DNA of 64,000 bases from Isurus oxyrinchus (GCA_026770705.1 JANJGN010000034.1:5208001-5272000); one strand, 5' to 3'; shown: positions 26,770-40,500, counted from the first letter of the stretch. The notes: generated by a model from the sequence alone, not told the origin. A program made the numbers and translations.

Positions 26770-29700
26770 CCACACTTGCATTGTGTGCAACAGTGGGCAG
26801 GTGCTACAATGTCTTAACCAGCTGTAGCGATGGGTGGTTTTCATGTGGTATCGAGCCAAACCCGCTGCATACATTCCACATTCCAGAGAAACACACCATT
26901 TCCATGGCGTGCATGCTCTCATTCAAATGAGGTGCCATCATCTCGTCGTTTTATCATGCTGCCCCATTTTTTATGTCCAGGGTTGCGCAGACCTCGCAGT
27001 GCTACAATTCTACGACTACTGCAGGGAAAATGTCCACCAAAAGCAAAATTGCCACAGCCCCCATTTTTAGCGAAGCATAATTGGAAACCCCTTTGGATGC
27101 CAAGGAGTCACACTGCCAATGTCCTCTAACCCTCTTCTGGCTGCAAGGTTCGCAACAGCATGAACAAACGGGCTGGGAAGGTGGTGACAACAGTCTTTAA
27201 TACCCATGCCCTTCAAAATAAGTAAAAAACCCAGGGCCACAAGAGAATGAATGATCTCCAACATTTCGCAAGGGTAAGTCAGTCTCACATGCACAGAAGC
27301 ACATCACACATGCACAGGGATCTCTTAGTCACTGCCAGTTAAAGAGGCATCACCATTCACGCTCTCATAATATATGCATTGTCCTCATCCCGTCGAATGA
27401 GCCACTTACAACCAACACATGCCAGACATCTGTAGCATCTGGCCACGTGGGCTTCATATTTGCAGTGTCTCTATGTCTATTCATATGCAGCAAACAGGCA
27501 CACAACAGAGGGAAAGGTCACAGCCAGTAGAGGAATGCCGGTACTCAAGGTCCTCACAGTCTTTGAAAACAGAGCCATCCTGTCGGTTTGTGAAAATCTG
27601 GCCCATCTCTGAGCTGACAGGGATGCTGCTGATGCTCTACCAAGTGAGGTTCCAGCAGCACAACAAAAATCAGCCCAGCATACTGTGCGTGATACGCCCT
27701 GTTTCACAGGCTACTTTCATGCACTAGTTATCTCCCTCTGCTTCCACCAACAAAGCTGGGAAGTAATCGATGGATTCCATGACAAACGGCCTACAAACAA
27801 GTTCCGAAGAGATGTCTGAATATTAATCTGAAGGCACATTCCTTCAAGTCGCGCCACAACGCTCACCCACAACGCCCACGAGGGCAGAGACACACTCCTC
27901 GCTGGAACTTCGCTTTGGAATAGCCTTGAGATCATAATCTGGAGTGTACATCGTACTGTTGGATTTACAACAAGATACGGTGGGTATCTCCCAGGAGTCC
28001 GGTACTCAGAGGACTGCAGGAGTACTGAAGTCCGCTCTTTCCACGTCAGATCAAGAGCGTTTGGGCTTGGTAATGTCACAGTTGGTGGAAAAGCAAAGGA
28101 ATGGTTGGAAATGCCAGGAAGTGATGTTCAGTGTACTACTTAAATTGGAGAGCATGATGGAGGATTTCCCCCTCCTACATGCTGGTGTGATAGTGGCGGC
28201 ACACAAACTCACCGAGGTCAAAACAGGTTGAATGAGGGCACCAGCGAGACCTTAGTCCAGGGTGTCGCTCCTGCACTGCTGCACTGGCTGAACACCATCA
28301 CTGATACCATAGTTTACCTCCAACCGTGTTTACACAAGAAGGGTGCTGGTAAGCTCGACTTCACTTCAACCACTATATTTCCTTAATGAGCAAACTGGGG
28401 CCCTTGGGCATCCCTATGGAGAAAGATAAGTTGGTGACCCCTCCCTCAGTTGTTCAAAACGATTAATCCAGGTGACTATGGGAGTGTCCAGCCATTCCAA
28501 ATTTTCTCTTCCTTAAGCTTAGCAGCTCCGTTTGTACAGGCCACGGATGATGCCAGTGCCACAGAGCAGTGCCACGGAAGCAGGACAGCATCCTCCAGGT
28601 CTCGGCATTCCAGCAGACACGCGCTGTGATCATAAACGCAGGGCGTGCCAGTAAACATTCTGCATTTAACTCAGTAGTGGTTGCAGGGAGGACCAACATG
28701 GAGCTGCAGGTTTAATCGATTGCATGCACTGTTCAAGATTGTCAATGGACTTGCAAGAATGTTTCCCTGCCCACGGCTATTTGTTGAAATGAGCAGTGTT
28801 CATGTCAATCAGATATGGAACCTTTCAGAACAGGATGAAAGCAGGTGTCTCAGTCCAGGGCTTCTTCCCTGTGCGTTATGGAGTTTTCAGACCAAAGTGA
28901 TGGCCCGGCATCACACTCCCTGGACACATTACTGATCCCAGTACCTAGGCAATGCTTGTTATTCGTGCCGGAAAGTATTGGGCAGGAGCCACAGAGATCT
29001 GTATTTCTATGTGTGTGATCTCCACAGCTTTAAAGTTGGGCTGGCAGAAATTTCTACAGACTTAGCCAACAAGGATATTGTGCCGCTGAGTAGGTCAGAT
29101 GCTGAATGCATACAAATGATCAGGTGCTTCTAATGTTTAATTGCCACATCTTATGATATGATGCCGATCACAGAACACAAGTCAGCTGCCCTAGGGCAGG
29201 CAGGATTCTAGCATTCTTGGTGGCTATGTGAAGATCTATGGAGAGTCCTCATGGTACTCAGCAGTCTTCATCCCGCATTTGAGGCTTATTAAGGACTCCA
29301 CTGCACCTACATTACAGGGACAATATCACAGAGTGCATAAAGGCTGTCATAAGCCGGGCATGAGTCAAACGCTCACAAATGTTTCGAGAGCATCTATGCA
29401 GTCTCCTCACTTCGTGTTTTCATGATTGTCCACATTTCTAGACGATACGAAGTTCTACCGAACATGCCTGCCTTGCATGAATTGTGCGAGGGCTTCATTC
29501 CCATGATCGCTGATTTCGAGGTCTACCTCCCACTCATCCCTGTCAGCGTTCTCCTCATGCCTGGAGACCTCCAGTTCCTCCATCTCCTCCTAGACAAATT
29601 TCTCTCTCTGTTGCAGCACGGGTTTACAAAGGGTGCAGCGGGCCACAACGATTGTGCCACCCTGTGTGGAACATATTGCAGTTCTCCAAAAGACTGATCG

Positions 29701-31400
29701 AATCACTGGGCCCTGATTGTCAACATACTGATGATCTGCTTCACAAAGTTGCGAGTCACACCATCATCTCCATTATATGTTCGCTCTGCAGCACCCTGGG
29801 GACACTGCACACGTCCTCTGAGGGTAGACCCTGTCGCTGAAGATTCTTCCCTGCAGTTGCTCCTTACTGTGGAATTTGTCAGTGATCTCTGATCAACTGA
29901 GAGGTAGGAGTCGTGCACCCTCCCTGGAACATGTTTGCAGGTATAGAGCATGCGGATATGGATGTCGCCCAGCAGCTGTACTTTCAGAAAATGGAATCAC
30001 TCACGGTTGATCTTGCTGCCCGTTTTTTGGAGACAGTGACCTGTGCGCCACGTGAGACCAGTTGATGGCAACCTGCGCCCACGGGAAGCGTGATATCTCA
30101 TCAACTCCAATTGCTACTCCATCATGAATGCGCGAAACGCACAAACATCTGTGCCCTCAAGCAAGTTCGACCTCATTGTATTTGTGGGTGGAGGCCTTTG
30201 ATTCCAAAAATAAACCATACTTCAAATCCAGAAAGAAACTACTGGCGTATAAATTGAATGCCACTGTCACTTTCAGGCCTAATGAGAGTGGATTGCTTCC
30301 ATATCTGCAATGCACCAAACCTTGCAGCGTAGATGTTGTGAGTGGCCATTTCCATACCCATCAGCAGACTTCGGCGGCACTGTTTCTCTTTCATCTGCAG
30401 GGATGAAGGGAGGCTTCTAAGGACACTGGTGGTAAAGAGGTGCCTACCAATGCTGCTCGCCATGGCCTTTCTGCGTCGTGAGGGTGAGCCCCAGAATCCC
30501 TTATTCCTGAGGATGCTGCTCCTCTCTCTGCGAAGACATGCCCCTCAGTCACTCTGTCTGACCGAAATTACAGTCCCATCACCTTACCAATTGGCAGCAG
30601 CATTGCCCATTGCACAAAAAAACTGTGCTCTCAGGTCATGTGCAGCCATCCGCTTATCCATCGCTGCAAGACAGCACTGTTAGATGAACCATGGGGGAGA
30701 ATGGTCCTAACTAATGTGCTGATATTGCAATGCGCTGTGAGAGACTGCACTAGTCACTGCTCCATGTGCAGCTTTCTGAAGGAGAAATGCAGTATTTACT
30801 GTCTTCCAACTGCTCTTCATAGCAATAAAACGCTCATTAAATTGCACTCTGTTTTAGGGGGTTTAAAAGATCCAAACATATCGATGGCTGTGGCTGAACT
30901 GCCCCAGTTGCAGAGGAATGCTCAAATTATACAACATGTTCCTAATGCATTGTCGCTTCCATGCCGCTTCGAACCCAAGCCTGAGATTGCCCAGCACCAC
31001 AGTCCAAATCAGAGACGCCAATCCCCAAGGCATTTACAACTTAAAGTCCAACAGGTGACGATGATGACCGCTGTGCAATGTTTCCATGTAAACACCTGTG
31101 AGTTCCCCTCAAAGTGCAGCCCTCCACATGTACGTCTTTTTATATGTTGTTGTTATAAATGTTATTTGTTGTTGTGAAAGACGTCGGGCTGATCAAGCAT
31201 GGGCGTGGGCTCGGCATGAATCTGCTGGGTTGGCCTAATAATGATAGGCAGATATCCTGGCGTCCGAATTCGGGAGAAGTGGCCTGTCATTGGCGGGCTG
31301 AGCAGACAATCCCAAACAGGTCTCACGCGGTTATGAAACCGATAGCAACATACAGTAAGCTCACGCCACCGAACATGAGGTGGGCATGGAAAATCACCGC
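26770..31400. mobile_element. Fossil PIF/Harbinger DNA transposon with convergent Myb/SANT-like gene and DDE transposase remnants
   Basis: GC-richer block. The plus strand near 27050 gives APIFSEA*LETLLDA (Myb/SANT-like), and the minus strand carries a HARBI1-like transposase. The ends are approximate and no TIRs were resolved. Confidence 0.8.
29440..30520 (-). pseudogene. HARBI1-like Harbinger (DDE_Tnp_4) transposase pseudogene
   Basis: Minus-strand motifs KVTVAFNLYASS, PGRVHDSYL and PQGAAERTYN...TRNFVKQIISMLTIRAQ*FDQSFGELQYVPHRV match the Harbinger patterns KVTVALNFYASG, PGSxHDS and TRxxIExxIGxLKxRFRCL...LQYSP. Multiple stops and frameshifts. Confidence 0.8.
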
Positions 31401-31409
31401 TGAAATCAC

Positions 31410-31930
31410 TGTTGACAATGCATTTGTCAGTTGCTGCAGTGCATCTACCAGAGGGTCTACACCGTTGCTACTGAGAAACACTGGTGCGGAAGTGAGTGTT
31501 GAAGGCGCAGCATAGAATTCCATTCCAGCCAGCTGTTATGTTCTGAATGGTGTGGAGATTCTTGAGTGCAGTTGGGGCTGCACTCATCCAGGTCAGTGGA
31601 CAGTACTCTATCCCAATCCAGACCTGTGCCTTGTAGACGGTGGGAAATGTCTGATTGATCAGGACAGTTTTTCTGTGCAGATTTTCCTGGTTCTAATATG
31701 CTCTTGAGGCACCGTAAGTATACTGTAGACCCAGTTCAGTTTCTAGTCAATGATAACACCCAAGATTTTAACAGTCTCGTGATCAACGATGGTAATGCCT
31801 CTGAAACCCTCTTGGGCATGTTTGGATTATAGGTTTTTGGATGTTTAAATGTTCTGGCACCTGCGAGGCACGGAAGTTTATTGCCCTTTTTCAGCCCAAG
31901 CCCGAAACAGCATTTGTTGTTTTTGGGCAA
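31410..31930 (-). mobile_element. CR1/L2-clade LINE fragment, right part of the host; homologous pieces recur in each tandem cassette
   Basis: ggggctgcactcatccagg...gacctgtgccttgtagacggtgg...ccagttcagtttctagtcaatgataac...tcagcccaagcc. Confidence 0.65.
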
Positions 31931-33193
31931 AGCAGTGCTTCCTCATAATCGAGGATGATTTTTTTTTATCTTTTAGCACATTCCCTAAAGAATCAGAATG
32001 CTAACATTATTGTGACGCATCGAATGGAATGTTATCGGAATAATGCTGTGAAGTACATATTTCACAGTAATAATTTTAAAGAAAACATTTAATTGGCTGC
32101 TGTACGGAATTCGGGGTGTTTTACAGGACAGTGAACATTAATATAATTGAGAATGATACGAGGATATTCGCGTGGGATTTCAAAGAGAGATAATTAATAT
32201 TAAGAATGGTCATTACAGAGTTTACGTGGAAAAAATAAAATGTTTCCAACGGTGGGGAAGATAATAAAGGCAAACAAATAAAATGGAACTCAGAAAGACG
32301 TCAATTTGGTCGGAACTGAACGGCTCTCAGCAACCACTGAGCAATCCAAGAGCAATAAATGTTTGGCAAATGAAAGGAACAATAAATAAACAAATGCGCG
32401 TCAGCCGATATATTTTTTTTGTATCTGTTGCGTACTACAAATAAAAACATCAGTACATGTCTGCCACCTTCCAATTGTGAGATTTCTTGCATTCTACAGC
32501 TTTAGTGTTCAGCCTTTTAATTACTGAAGAAATTATTTCAGGGCCTAAATGTGCCAAGGGCGTTTGTTCAGCAAGTTCATTCTCATTGCTCTCCTTTTTT
32601 TTCACTCTCTTCGCTTTACTACGAGCGCTACTTGAATCAAATGTCCTCCAGAAAGTTTTTGGTATTATTTCCCATCACACCTTTTTTTGCCTTTGTGATT
32701 TGTTGCTTATCCTTTTTTGTTAAATCACCTGTGGCATGACTTGCCATGTTTTTCTACGTTAATGTTGCCATATGCATTTAATTCGTTGTCATATTTGCAT
32801 TTCTCCATAACACTCACTATTGTCACAGTAGATCATTTTTTTCAAGTTTGAATTCAATGTTCGTCACCTTGCACGCTAAGTCGACTACTTTGTTAAAGGA
32901 TTGCCCATTTCACAGTACAGGAAATGTTAGATCCTTTTCATATTTGTATCAATCTCAGCTAATATATGCATTCGATCACTTCAAACGGAATTTTGAAACT
33001 ATTTCGTGTTATATTACGGAACATTGCCAGCTCATTAATGCAACTTGTCCTTTTTCATGTTTTGCTAAATGGGATGTCACTGTCCCTCACCAATACGGGT
33101 TTCTGGTTCGGTTTTGCTGTCAATCGTTCTGTTAATTGCACAAAAGTAAAATATATTTTAAGCAAAAATGAAGATTTTCTATTCCGCCTGCAG

Positions 33194-33214
33194 AATTGAC
33201 AAAAGCCAATGACG
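33194..33214 (+). CDS. 21-nt heptad microexon, ELTKAND (cassette-type exon)
   Basis: gattttctattccgcctgcag|AATTGACAAAAGCCAATGACG|gtaaga. Confidence 0.85.
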
Positions 33215-34606
33215 GTAAGACCATGGCAAAATTAATTTTGATGTGCAGTGTCTAACTTATATCATGGCTACACATGAGCAGGAATGCAATTTGTGAAGGG
33301 TAAACTTTGTTACAACAAGTCCAGAACCATGCACTAATCGTGGCAAGGCTAGATATTTCATTGGAATAGAAGTATAAGACTGGAAAAAATGTTTCTTTCA
33401 CCCTAAACTCTCCCAATACCAACATATTTCCCTTTGATTTCAATGCAACTATATATCACGTGTTATTTAGATGGTTTTGGTTGGTCAATGATGGTGTCTA
33501 GAATGGATTGCGTTGAAGAATATAGTGGGGTTGGTGTGTAAGGGAAGGAGTGCTCAACTGAATACATCTGTCCCTTACGGAAAACCTATCACTGCCGTTG
33601 CAGCAGTGGCATCAGAACGCCGGTGAGTGCAAATTCACCTCCAAGCCATTGACCAACCTGAACAGAAACGGGATCAGTGTTTCTTCACGGTCACGGGTAC
33701 AAAATTACTAAATTACATTCCAAAGACCCCACTGTGCCTTCGTACATTATCATCCCTCGAAGTCCTACCAGAACGTATGCGAGAATAACGTGGGATGTCC
33801 CCCAAATTCAAAAAAAAACGTAACGCAAGCATTGCACAGCAATTATCCGTGAGATTTCTAAATCTACTGGGCAAGACCACCGGTGATGGAAACCTCCCAA
33901 ACAGTGATGTGTTGTAGGATTTTTTGAATGACTCCAAATTTCTTAGTTTAGTACCTACGCATGTATATGGCCATGGATAGAAAACAATTATAATGAATGT
34001 ATAATCAATCTAATTACTAGTAGCCCAGCACACCAATGGGAGTCCTGATCAACGATAGCAATATCCAGAATATAATAGCGTGAAAAAATGTGCTCGTCCC
34101 ATCTAAACTCTTGAGGATCTGTTTGCTTCAGCAATCCCAGCACATGATTTAAAAGTAAGCTATGCACCGTTTCTTCCAAAAAAAGCACTTCCTCTGCAAA
34201 AAGTATCACATTCAGGGTGTCCATTAAGTTTTACCTCTTCAGTTATGTTATGATCATTTTTCCGAATTTTCCTCAGTTGTGGCAGCGTGTTTTTTTCATA
34301 GGCACATGAAAATGTTATTTCATTGGCTAAAGATACACACAGATTTTAAACTATTCGATTCTTCGAGGGGCCCCATGACTTATTTCAAATCCTTAAGCTT
34401 CATTTTTTTTCCCTTGTTGATACATTAATGGGGCTATAGTAAACTTTCACCTGAAGCTGATTCTCTGCTTGATATGCGATGTGGAAACAGCAACTTATAT
34501 AAGTTGCAAGCTTTAATTTGCTTTCATCATGGTGAACTATTATTAATTTAACTTCTGTGAAGGAGAAGTATGCATCTTTAAATGCAGTTTCTTTCCTTTC
34601 TGGCAG

Positions 34607-34627
34607 TGATTGTGAAGTGCCAAGAAG
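34607..34627 (+). CDS. 21-nt heptad microexon, VIVKCQE
   Basis: gtttctttcctttctggcag|TGATTGTGAAGTGCCAAGAAG|gtaagc. Confidence 0.85.
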
Positions 34628-35099
34628 GTAAGCACAGCATCACTACTGTTGCAACTCATTGTGGAGGAAAGAATTGATAGGACGGTGGTAATGTAAAAGA
34701 CACATATAACTGTGTCCAAGTTGCGTGCTTGTTGGGCGTGGCTCATGAGTCTGCACTTGAGTGCCATGTTTGTCTGTAGTGGTCAGCTTCGGTTAGGGTC
34801 CGGTGATTAAGACAGTTTAAGGTTTAAATTAAATCTAAAACCTTTCAATTAGCAATTAACTAAACGTTTCTCTTAATGATGGAAAAGGTAAGCTTTACTG
34901 CAGTCTTACAACAGGGCTCATACAGGCTCTGCCTGCAACAGAACATAATTCATTATGTATTTGGCTTAATCAGGATTTCAGCAGCAAGGTTCAGAGTTTA
35001 TAACACTATTTTATCTGATATTTCTTACTTTCCTTGTCCTGGATTGTTGTGTTAAGCTGCATTGGTGGGTTTCTGTTGGAGTGTGGTGACTGATGGAGG

Positions 35100-38000
35100 A
35101 GGTGCCCTTTTCCATTTCTACCTTCCACCAGAGAAGTCTGGCAGCAGTGCAACATAGGAAAAGGTGACCAAACGAAAAAGTGTAATATTTTTAAAACTCT
35201 TATTCGTCGATTTAACTAGATGCCACAGGAAAAAGTGAAGGTTAGGGCCAAAATGATAATGCAATATTAATAATCCATAGTAGAACAGAGTTAACTTAAG
35301 GGAAGTAGAGTTAAAACATGACAGCAAAGCTCATCCAAGTCGAATGCATACCCTATAAATTGGGCAAAGCAACTGACGTTTTCAGTGTCTTTGCTGACCG
35401 CATGTCCACGAAATTCCATTAGCTACAAAAACCTGCGCTCCAGGCTACGGATCTCGAGTGGTGGCTGGATTCACTATGCTGAAACCGTGGTTCTGAGAAA
35501 TACGTGCATGGAATGTTCAGAGAGGTGGTGTCACACGCAGCTTAAAGGCGTGGAGGCAGACAGATAATTGTTTAGGGAACAGACAGGCGTTTCGGTGGCC
35601 ATGCATTTGAATGCAGGACGGTATCTTGCCTCTTTGGTGCCATGTTCATGGATCTTAAAAGCGGATGCAGGATATTTTTTCTTAGGAAGACTGATCACCC
35701 ATCGATTAAGGTACATATTTGTACCAAAGGCTGTGGTAGTAATGGGGAATGTGGCCCTCCAATAATGATTTAGGAGCTTGGTAAAAAAAAAAAATTGCAA
35801 GCAGAGCCTCTAAAATACAATTCTCCTGGTTGCTCCCTGTGCGACATGCCAGTGAATATAAATATGAAAGGACAAGGCAGATGAATGTGTGGCTAGGAAG
35901 ATTGTGCAGAATGGAGGGCTTTAGATTCCTGGAGCACTGTAACTGGGTCAGGAAGAAATGACAGCTCTACAAGACGGACGGGTTGCACCTCAATAGAGCT
36001 GGGGCCGACGTCATTGCCTGGCGTTTTATTAAGGCTGACGGGAAGACTTTAAACTAAATTGGCAGGGCTGCGGGAGACAAAAAATTTAAAAAAATACGGG
36101 AGGAATGCAAGCCTGGAGAAAATACTGGGAGGGACAGATAGCACTAGTGTAGAGAATGATAAGTTATTAGGTAAATGCGATGTTAAAGAGAAAGTAAAAA
36201 AGCCAAATCAGATTAACAATGCATGTAAATTAATGAAAGGTATTTAGTAAATGCGATTAGGGAGGTAGGGGTGCTGGTTGCCAAATGGAAATATAATATT
36301 GGGGTGAGAACAGAGAACTGAGTCAGCTAAGGACATAGCTGATTGTTAAATATTCCCGGTACAAGGTACCACAAAATATCGGAAAGGAAGAAAAGGTGGA
36401 GGGATAGCGGCGTTCGTTAAGGAGACCATTACAGTGCTGGAGAAAGGGGCTGTGCCAAAGTGTCGAAGAACAGAATACATTTGTTTGCAGCGATGAAGCA
36501 ACAAGGATGCTAGTACATTCCCCTGTGTAGTCTACAGGCCGCTAAATATTGATAAGTACGTAGGAGATCAAATCTGCAGGGAAATTGTTGAGAGATGCAG
36601 GCAATACGGGATGGTTATAATGGGGTAATTAAATTATGCGAATGGAAAATTGGGCAGTTGTAGTCAAAATAGTAGCGATGGGCAAAAGTTCCAAGATTGT
36701 GTTCAGATTTTCTGCAGCACTATTTGTCCAATACAACAAGAAAATACCTTGATCTTGGAAATCAGGCGAGCAAAGCCGATGCATTAATTGTAGGTGGGAG
36801 AGTATTTTGGAGACAGTGATAATTGTACTGTATGATTAAAGGTAATACAAAAGGACGATCGACAATCCAAAGTATTAATATTAATATATGGACAGTGGGG
36901 GAAGAATGGAGCAGAGGCAGACATACTGTAACAAATGTGTAACAGGAAAAAAACTGTAGCTCAACAATCGGCTACCATAAAAACTAATTGATTCGCGCGA
37001 TTCAATGTATATTCAATCGAAAGGCATAGGTTGGACAAGCAACTCCAGAACTCCCTGCATGGAAATGGAGATTCGCTTTAAGATAAGGACGAAAAAGTGC
37101 GTTTAGCACAGTGGAAAGGTAGAAAATACATTTGAGAACGATGAGGAATGCAAATGTTTCAGAGCGCAACTGCAAAGAAAAACATATAGAGGCGTGAACA
37201 TTGATTATAAAAGAAGACCGACAGGCAACTTTTAAAGGATGAGATCGATGGAAGGATATTGAAGGAAGGGAGAGGAGAAATTGCAGTGACACTGGTCATA
37301 TTCTTCCAGTCTTCCCTGGTCTCAGGCTTCATTCCAGAAGGCTAGAGGATTGCAAAATTAAGTTTTTGCTGAAAAAAGCATTTTTTAAGGAAAAGCCATA
37401 GCAAATACGGACATGTCAGTTTAAATTCAGTGGCGAACAAGCTTCTATAAACAGTTATTCGAAAAATAGATAGTAGTCAAATGAAACAAATATGGACTGA
37501 TATGGAATAACTAGCACGCATTTCTAAAGATGACATTGTGTCTAACTAACTTACTGGGTTTTTTTGAAAAGTAACAGAGCAGTCTGATGAGGTTAATATT
37601 ATTGACATCGTCTAGATGGACAATTTAACTGGATTTCACACAGTGCTATAGAGCAGGCCTTTGAGAAAGGTTTTTTTTTCATGGACGAATGAGACAGCGG
37701 GAAAAGGAAAAATAGGAAGAAGAAGACATTATTTCTGAATTGATATTTTATTCCAAGTGCTGGAACGTGTGTTGCTGAGTTCTGCAGTTGTTACTTTTGT
37801 AATCCTTGCTTTTCCAAATATATAACCATGATCTCACTCTAGGTGTGTGTAGAACAATTTAATGATTGTGGATGTACTAAGCTTCTGAGCATTATGAACT
37901 GCGATCAGGATGGTTTGGAACTCCAAGAGGACAGAGGCATATTGTTTGGGTGGGAAGACAGGCGGCAGCTGCAGATCAATGGAGGGAACTGTGAGGTGAT

Positions 38001-38460
38001 GCATTTTGGTAGGGAGAACAAGAACAGGCCATATTAAATAAAGTGTGAAATTATGGAGTTGATTCAGGAGCATAAAGATATGTGTGTATGTGTGCATATG
38101 TCATTGGAGCTGGCAGAGCAGATGGAGAGGGTAGCTAATAAAACAAACTTTAACCTGGACTTTATTAATAGGGGGCATAGATTATAAGAATAAGGATGTT
38201 GTGCTATATTAATATAAAACACTCGTTAGATCTCAGCTGCGATACTGCGTAAAGTTCTGAGCACCATTTTATCCAAATGATGTGAGCACATTGGAGAAAG
38301 AGCAGGATAGATTTTGGAGAATGTTTGAGAGATGAGAAATTTTTACAATGAGGTTACATTGGAGAGTTTAGGGCGGCCCTCATTGAAGAGAATTGATAGA
38401 GATGCTGAAAATTATGCGGGGCTGGACGGAAAGTATAAGGAGAAGCTGATCCCACTCCGA
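35100..38460 (+). mobile_element. Long degenerate CR1 LINE (ORF1 esterase, ORF2 endonuclease and RT remnants)
   Basis: gacgggttgcacctcaatagagctgg (DGLHLNR), aaaggtggagggatagcg (KGGGIA), gtgtagtctacaggccg (VVYRP), tgtgaggtgatgcattttggtagg (CEVMHFGR). Many stops. Confidence 0.85.
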
Positions 38461-38850
38461 AAAAATGTTTTGTTGGAAATGCAATCAGCCAGGATATTGC
38501 ACTGGATTTCCATCACAATCCAGGATGGTGCCTTGTAGATATCGTGTGTGGTCTAAACAGCTAGTAATTGAGTTGTTCTCCGCAGAATCACCAGACTTTG
38601 ATCCGCTGTTCTAGCCACACTACATATATAGCGGGTCCAGTTCACTTTGTGGTCAATGGCAACACCGCGTAGTTTGATCGCCGGCGCTTCAGCAATGGGA
38701 ATACGATTCTAACTCATGTGGATATGCATGCATTCTACTATTGTACATTTCCAATCTCTGAAACTTGTGTGGCGCTGAAGTTCCTTTCTAATGATCAGAC
38801 CAAGCCTGAAACCTGCCTGTTCTTGCTGCATATGGGCATGAAGTGTCCGA
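38460..38850 (-). mobile_element. CR1/L2-clade LINE fragment
   Basis: Same family as 31410-31930 (ttccatcacaatcc...gtgccttgtagat...ggtccagttcactttgtggtcaatggc). Confidence 0.6.
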
Positions 38851-39422
38851 ATTGCACTCCATTATGTCATTCCATTACTTATTTAGAATGTTACTTAAGT
38901 TATTTATCTTTCATCTCTTTTTTCACCTCTATCCTTCTATTTCCCTCAGTGTTTTTATGTTAACACCTCCGTGAAGTATGCTTGCCACTTCAAAGTCGCT
39001 AAATAAATCTAATTCATTCATGGCATTCTATTATTCCGTTACCTCCGCTGATACCACTATAAACAAAGCACTTTGTAAAAAAATATGAAGCCCATCAGTC
39101 TCATGATACCCCAGGTATATTTATAGCATAATGTATAAAATAATTAACGAGGCATCGCAGACCACAGCCTTCTTTCCCTTCTAATATTCATACATCCAAA
39201 GAGATAAATGTGGAACATTAATCCCAATGTGGTTGCTCAACTGAACATGCATTACTTTGTGGTTGAAAGCTATGTATAGGCATGATCCGCTTGATATGAG
39301 ATGCCATATACCCTAGCCAATGCAGGGATCTGCGTTTGTAATTGTTGCCATTTGTTACTGTTACATAGACAACTGAGAACAAATTTGTTAGAATTAACTG
39401 TTCCTTTTATTTTACCCTACAG

Positions 39423-39443
39423 AACTTAAGAAGTCAACTAAAG
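39423..39443 (+). CDS. 21-nt heptad microexon, ELKKSTK
   Basis: aattaactgttccttttattttaccctacag|AACTTAAGAAGTCAACTAAAG|gtatga. Confidence 0.85.
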
Positions 39444-40079
39444 GTATGATCAGGAACACATTGTTGCATTTTGATGTGTAAAATCTATATTATGTCATGG
39501 TTATGTTGCGCCCAGTAGGTCAAAAAGAGACAAGATGCATAGCATATTTACTAAAATGAAACTAGTGATGAAACCCATCAGCATCGTTGAGGGAGTGTAC
39601 AGCCTGTGATTTTACTGTTCTAATTGGAGATTTGAGGGCAGATTTCACGATAATGATGTACTTGTCCATTTATCAGTTTAAATTCTTACTTGAGCATGAT
39701 CATTGGTAATTGGTTAAGAAAGAAAAAAAAATGTAAAGGAATAGTAGGCTATGACTTTTTAAATTTAATTCAGCACTGTGAATCATTTTGTTATCCAGTA
39801 CCCAGGTCATTACAAGGATTGTGCATTCAAGCCTGTTCCCAATTCAAAAAAGGAGAGCTGCTCAATGTTGCACAATAAAGGCTGGCAGGAGAGATTCGTA
39901 TCAAAAAACTACACCATGTAGGGCTTTCATGAGTGACAGAAATCCCAGATAATTTTCTCACAGCAACTGAATATTCGTCATTAATTATTAGAATGCATTA
40001 ACGTTTGAAAGCTGATGTTACTGTGTAGACAGAGAGAATGCGTCCATTTGCATTTACAAATTCCTTCGCTGTTCGGAAT

Positions 40080-40500
40080 GAATGCAAGTTCAATGCCATT
40101 AAAGTATATCGAAAACATCCATGACACATCAATCCAAATGATTAATACACTATTATCCTTCTTAAACTTCACTCCCTGCAAACCCATAGCTTTGGCAACT
40201 GTGTGTACCAGATTTATGATGCACTCCATCAATGCAGTAAGGTTGCTTCCACAACCTCTTCGAAACCTACACCCTCTACAATATAGAAGCACTGGAGCAG
40301 CGGGTAGTTGGGAAAACCAATTCCTGCATGTACCTTTTGTGTACTCACATCATCTTGTTCGGTATCCTGTGAGCAGCATTGCCATATACCAAAAAACATA
40401 AATTACAAGCTCCAAAAAGGCGGCTCTGCATAAAATTTCCATCAGCAGCTAGGAATGGATAACATGTGCTACTGGAGCCAGTGGCCCTGGCTTCATGTGA
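40080..40500 (+). mobile_element. CR1/L2-clade LINE 3' fragment
   Basis: catgacacatcaatccaaatg...gatgcactccatcaatgcagtaaggttgcttccacaacctcttcgaaacctac is the reverse-orientation counterpart of the minus-strand LINE pieces elsewhere in the window. Confidence 0.55.

Larger units (their letters stand above)
31550..36560 (+). repeat. Segmental duplicate of ~58990-64000 (cassette, next microexon, CR1 5' end)
   Basis: Colinear shared motifs include gattgtgaagtgc (~34608 vs ~61904), ggtgattaag vs ggtgactaaa (~34802 vs ~62092) and gacgggttgcacct (~35977 vs ~63419). Confidence 0.85.
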
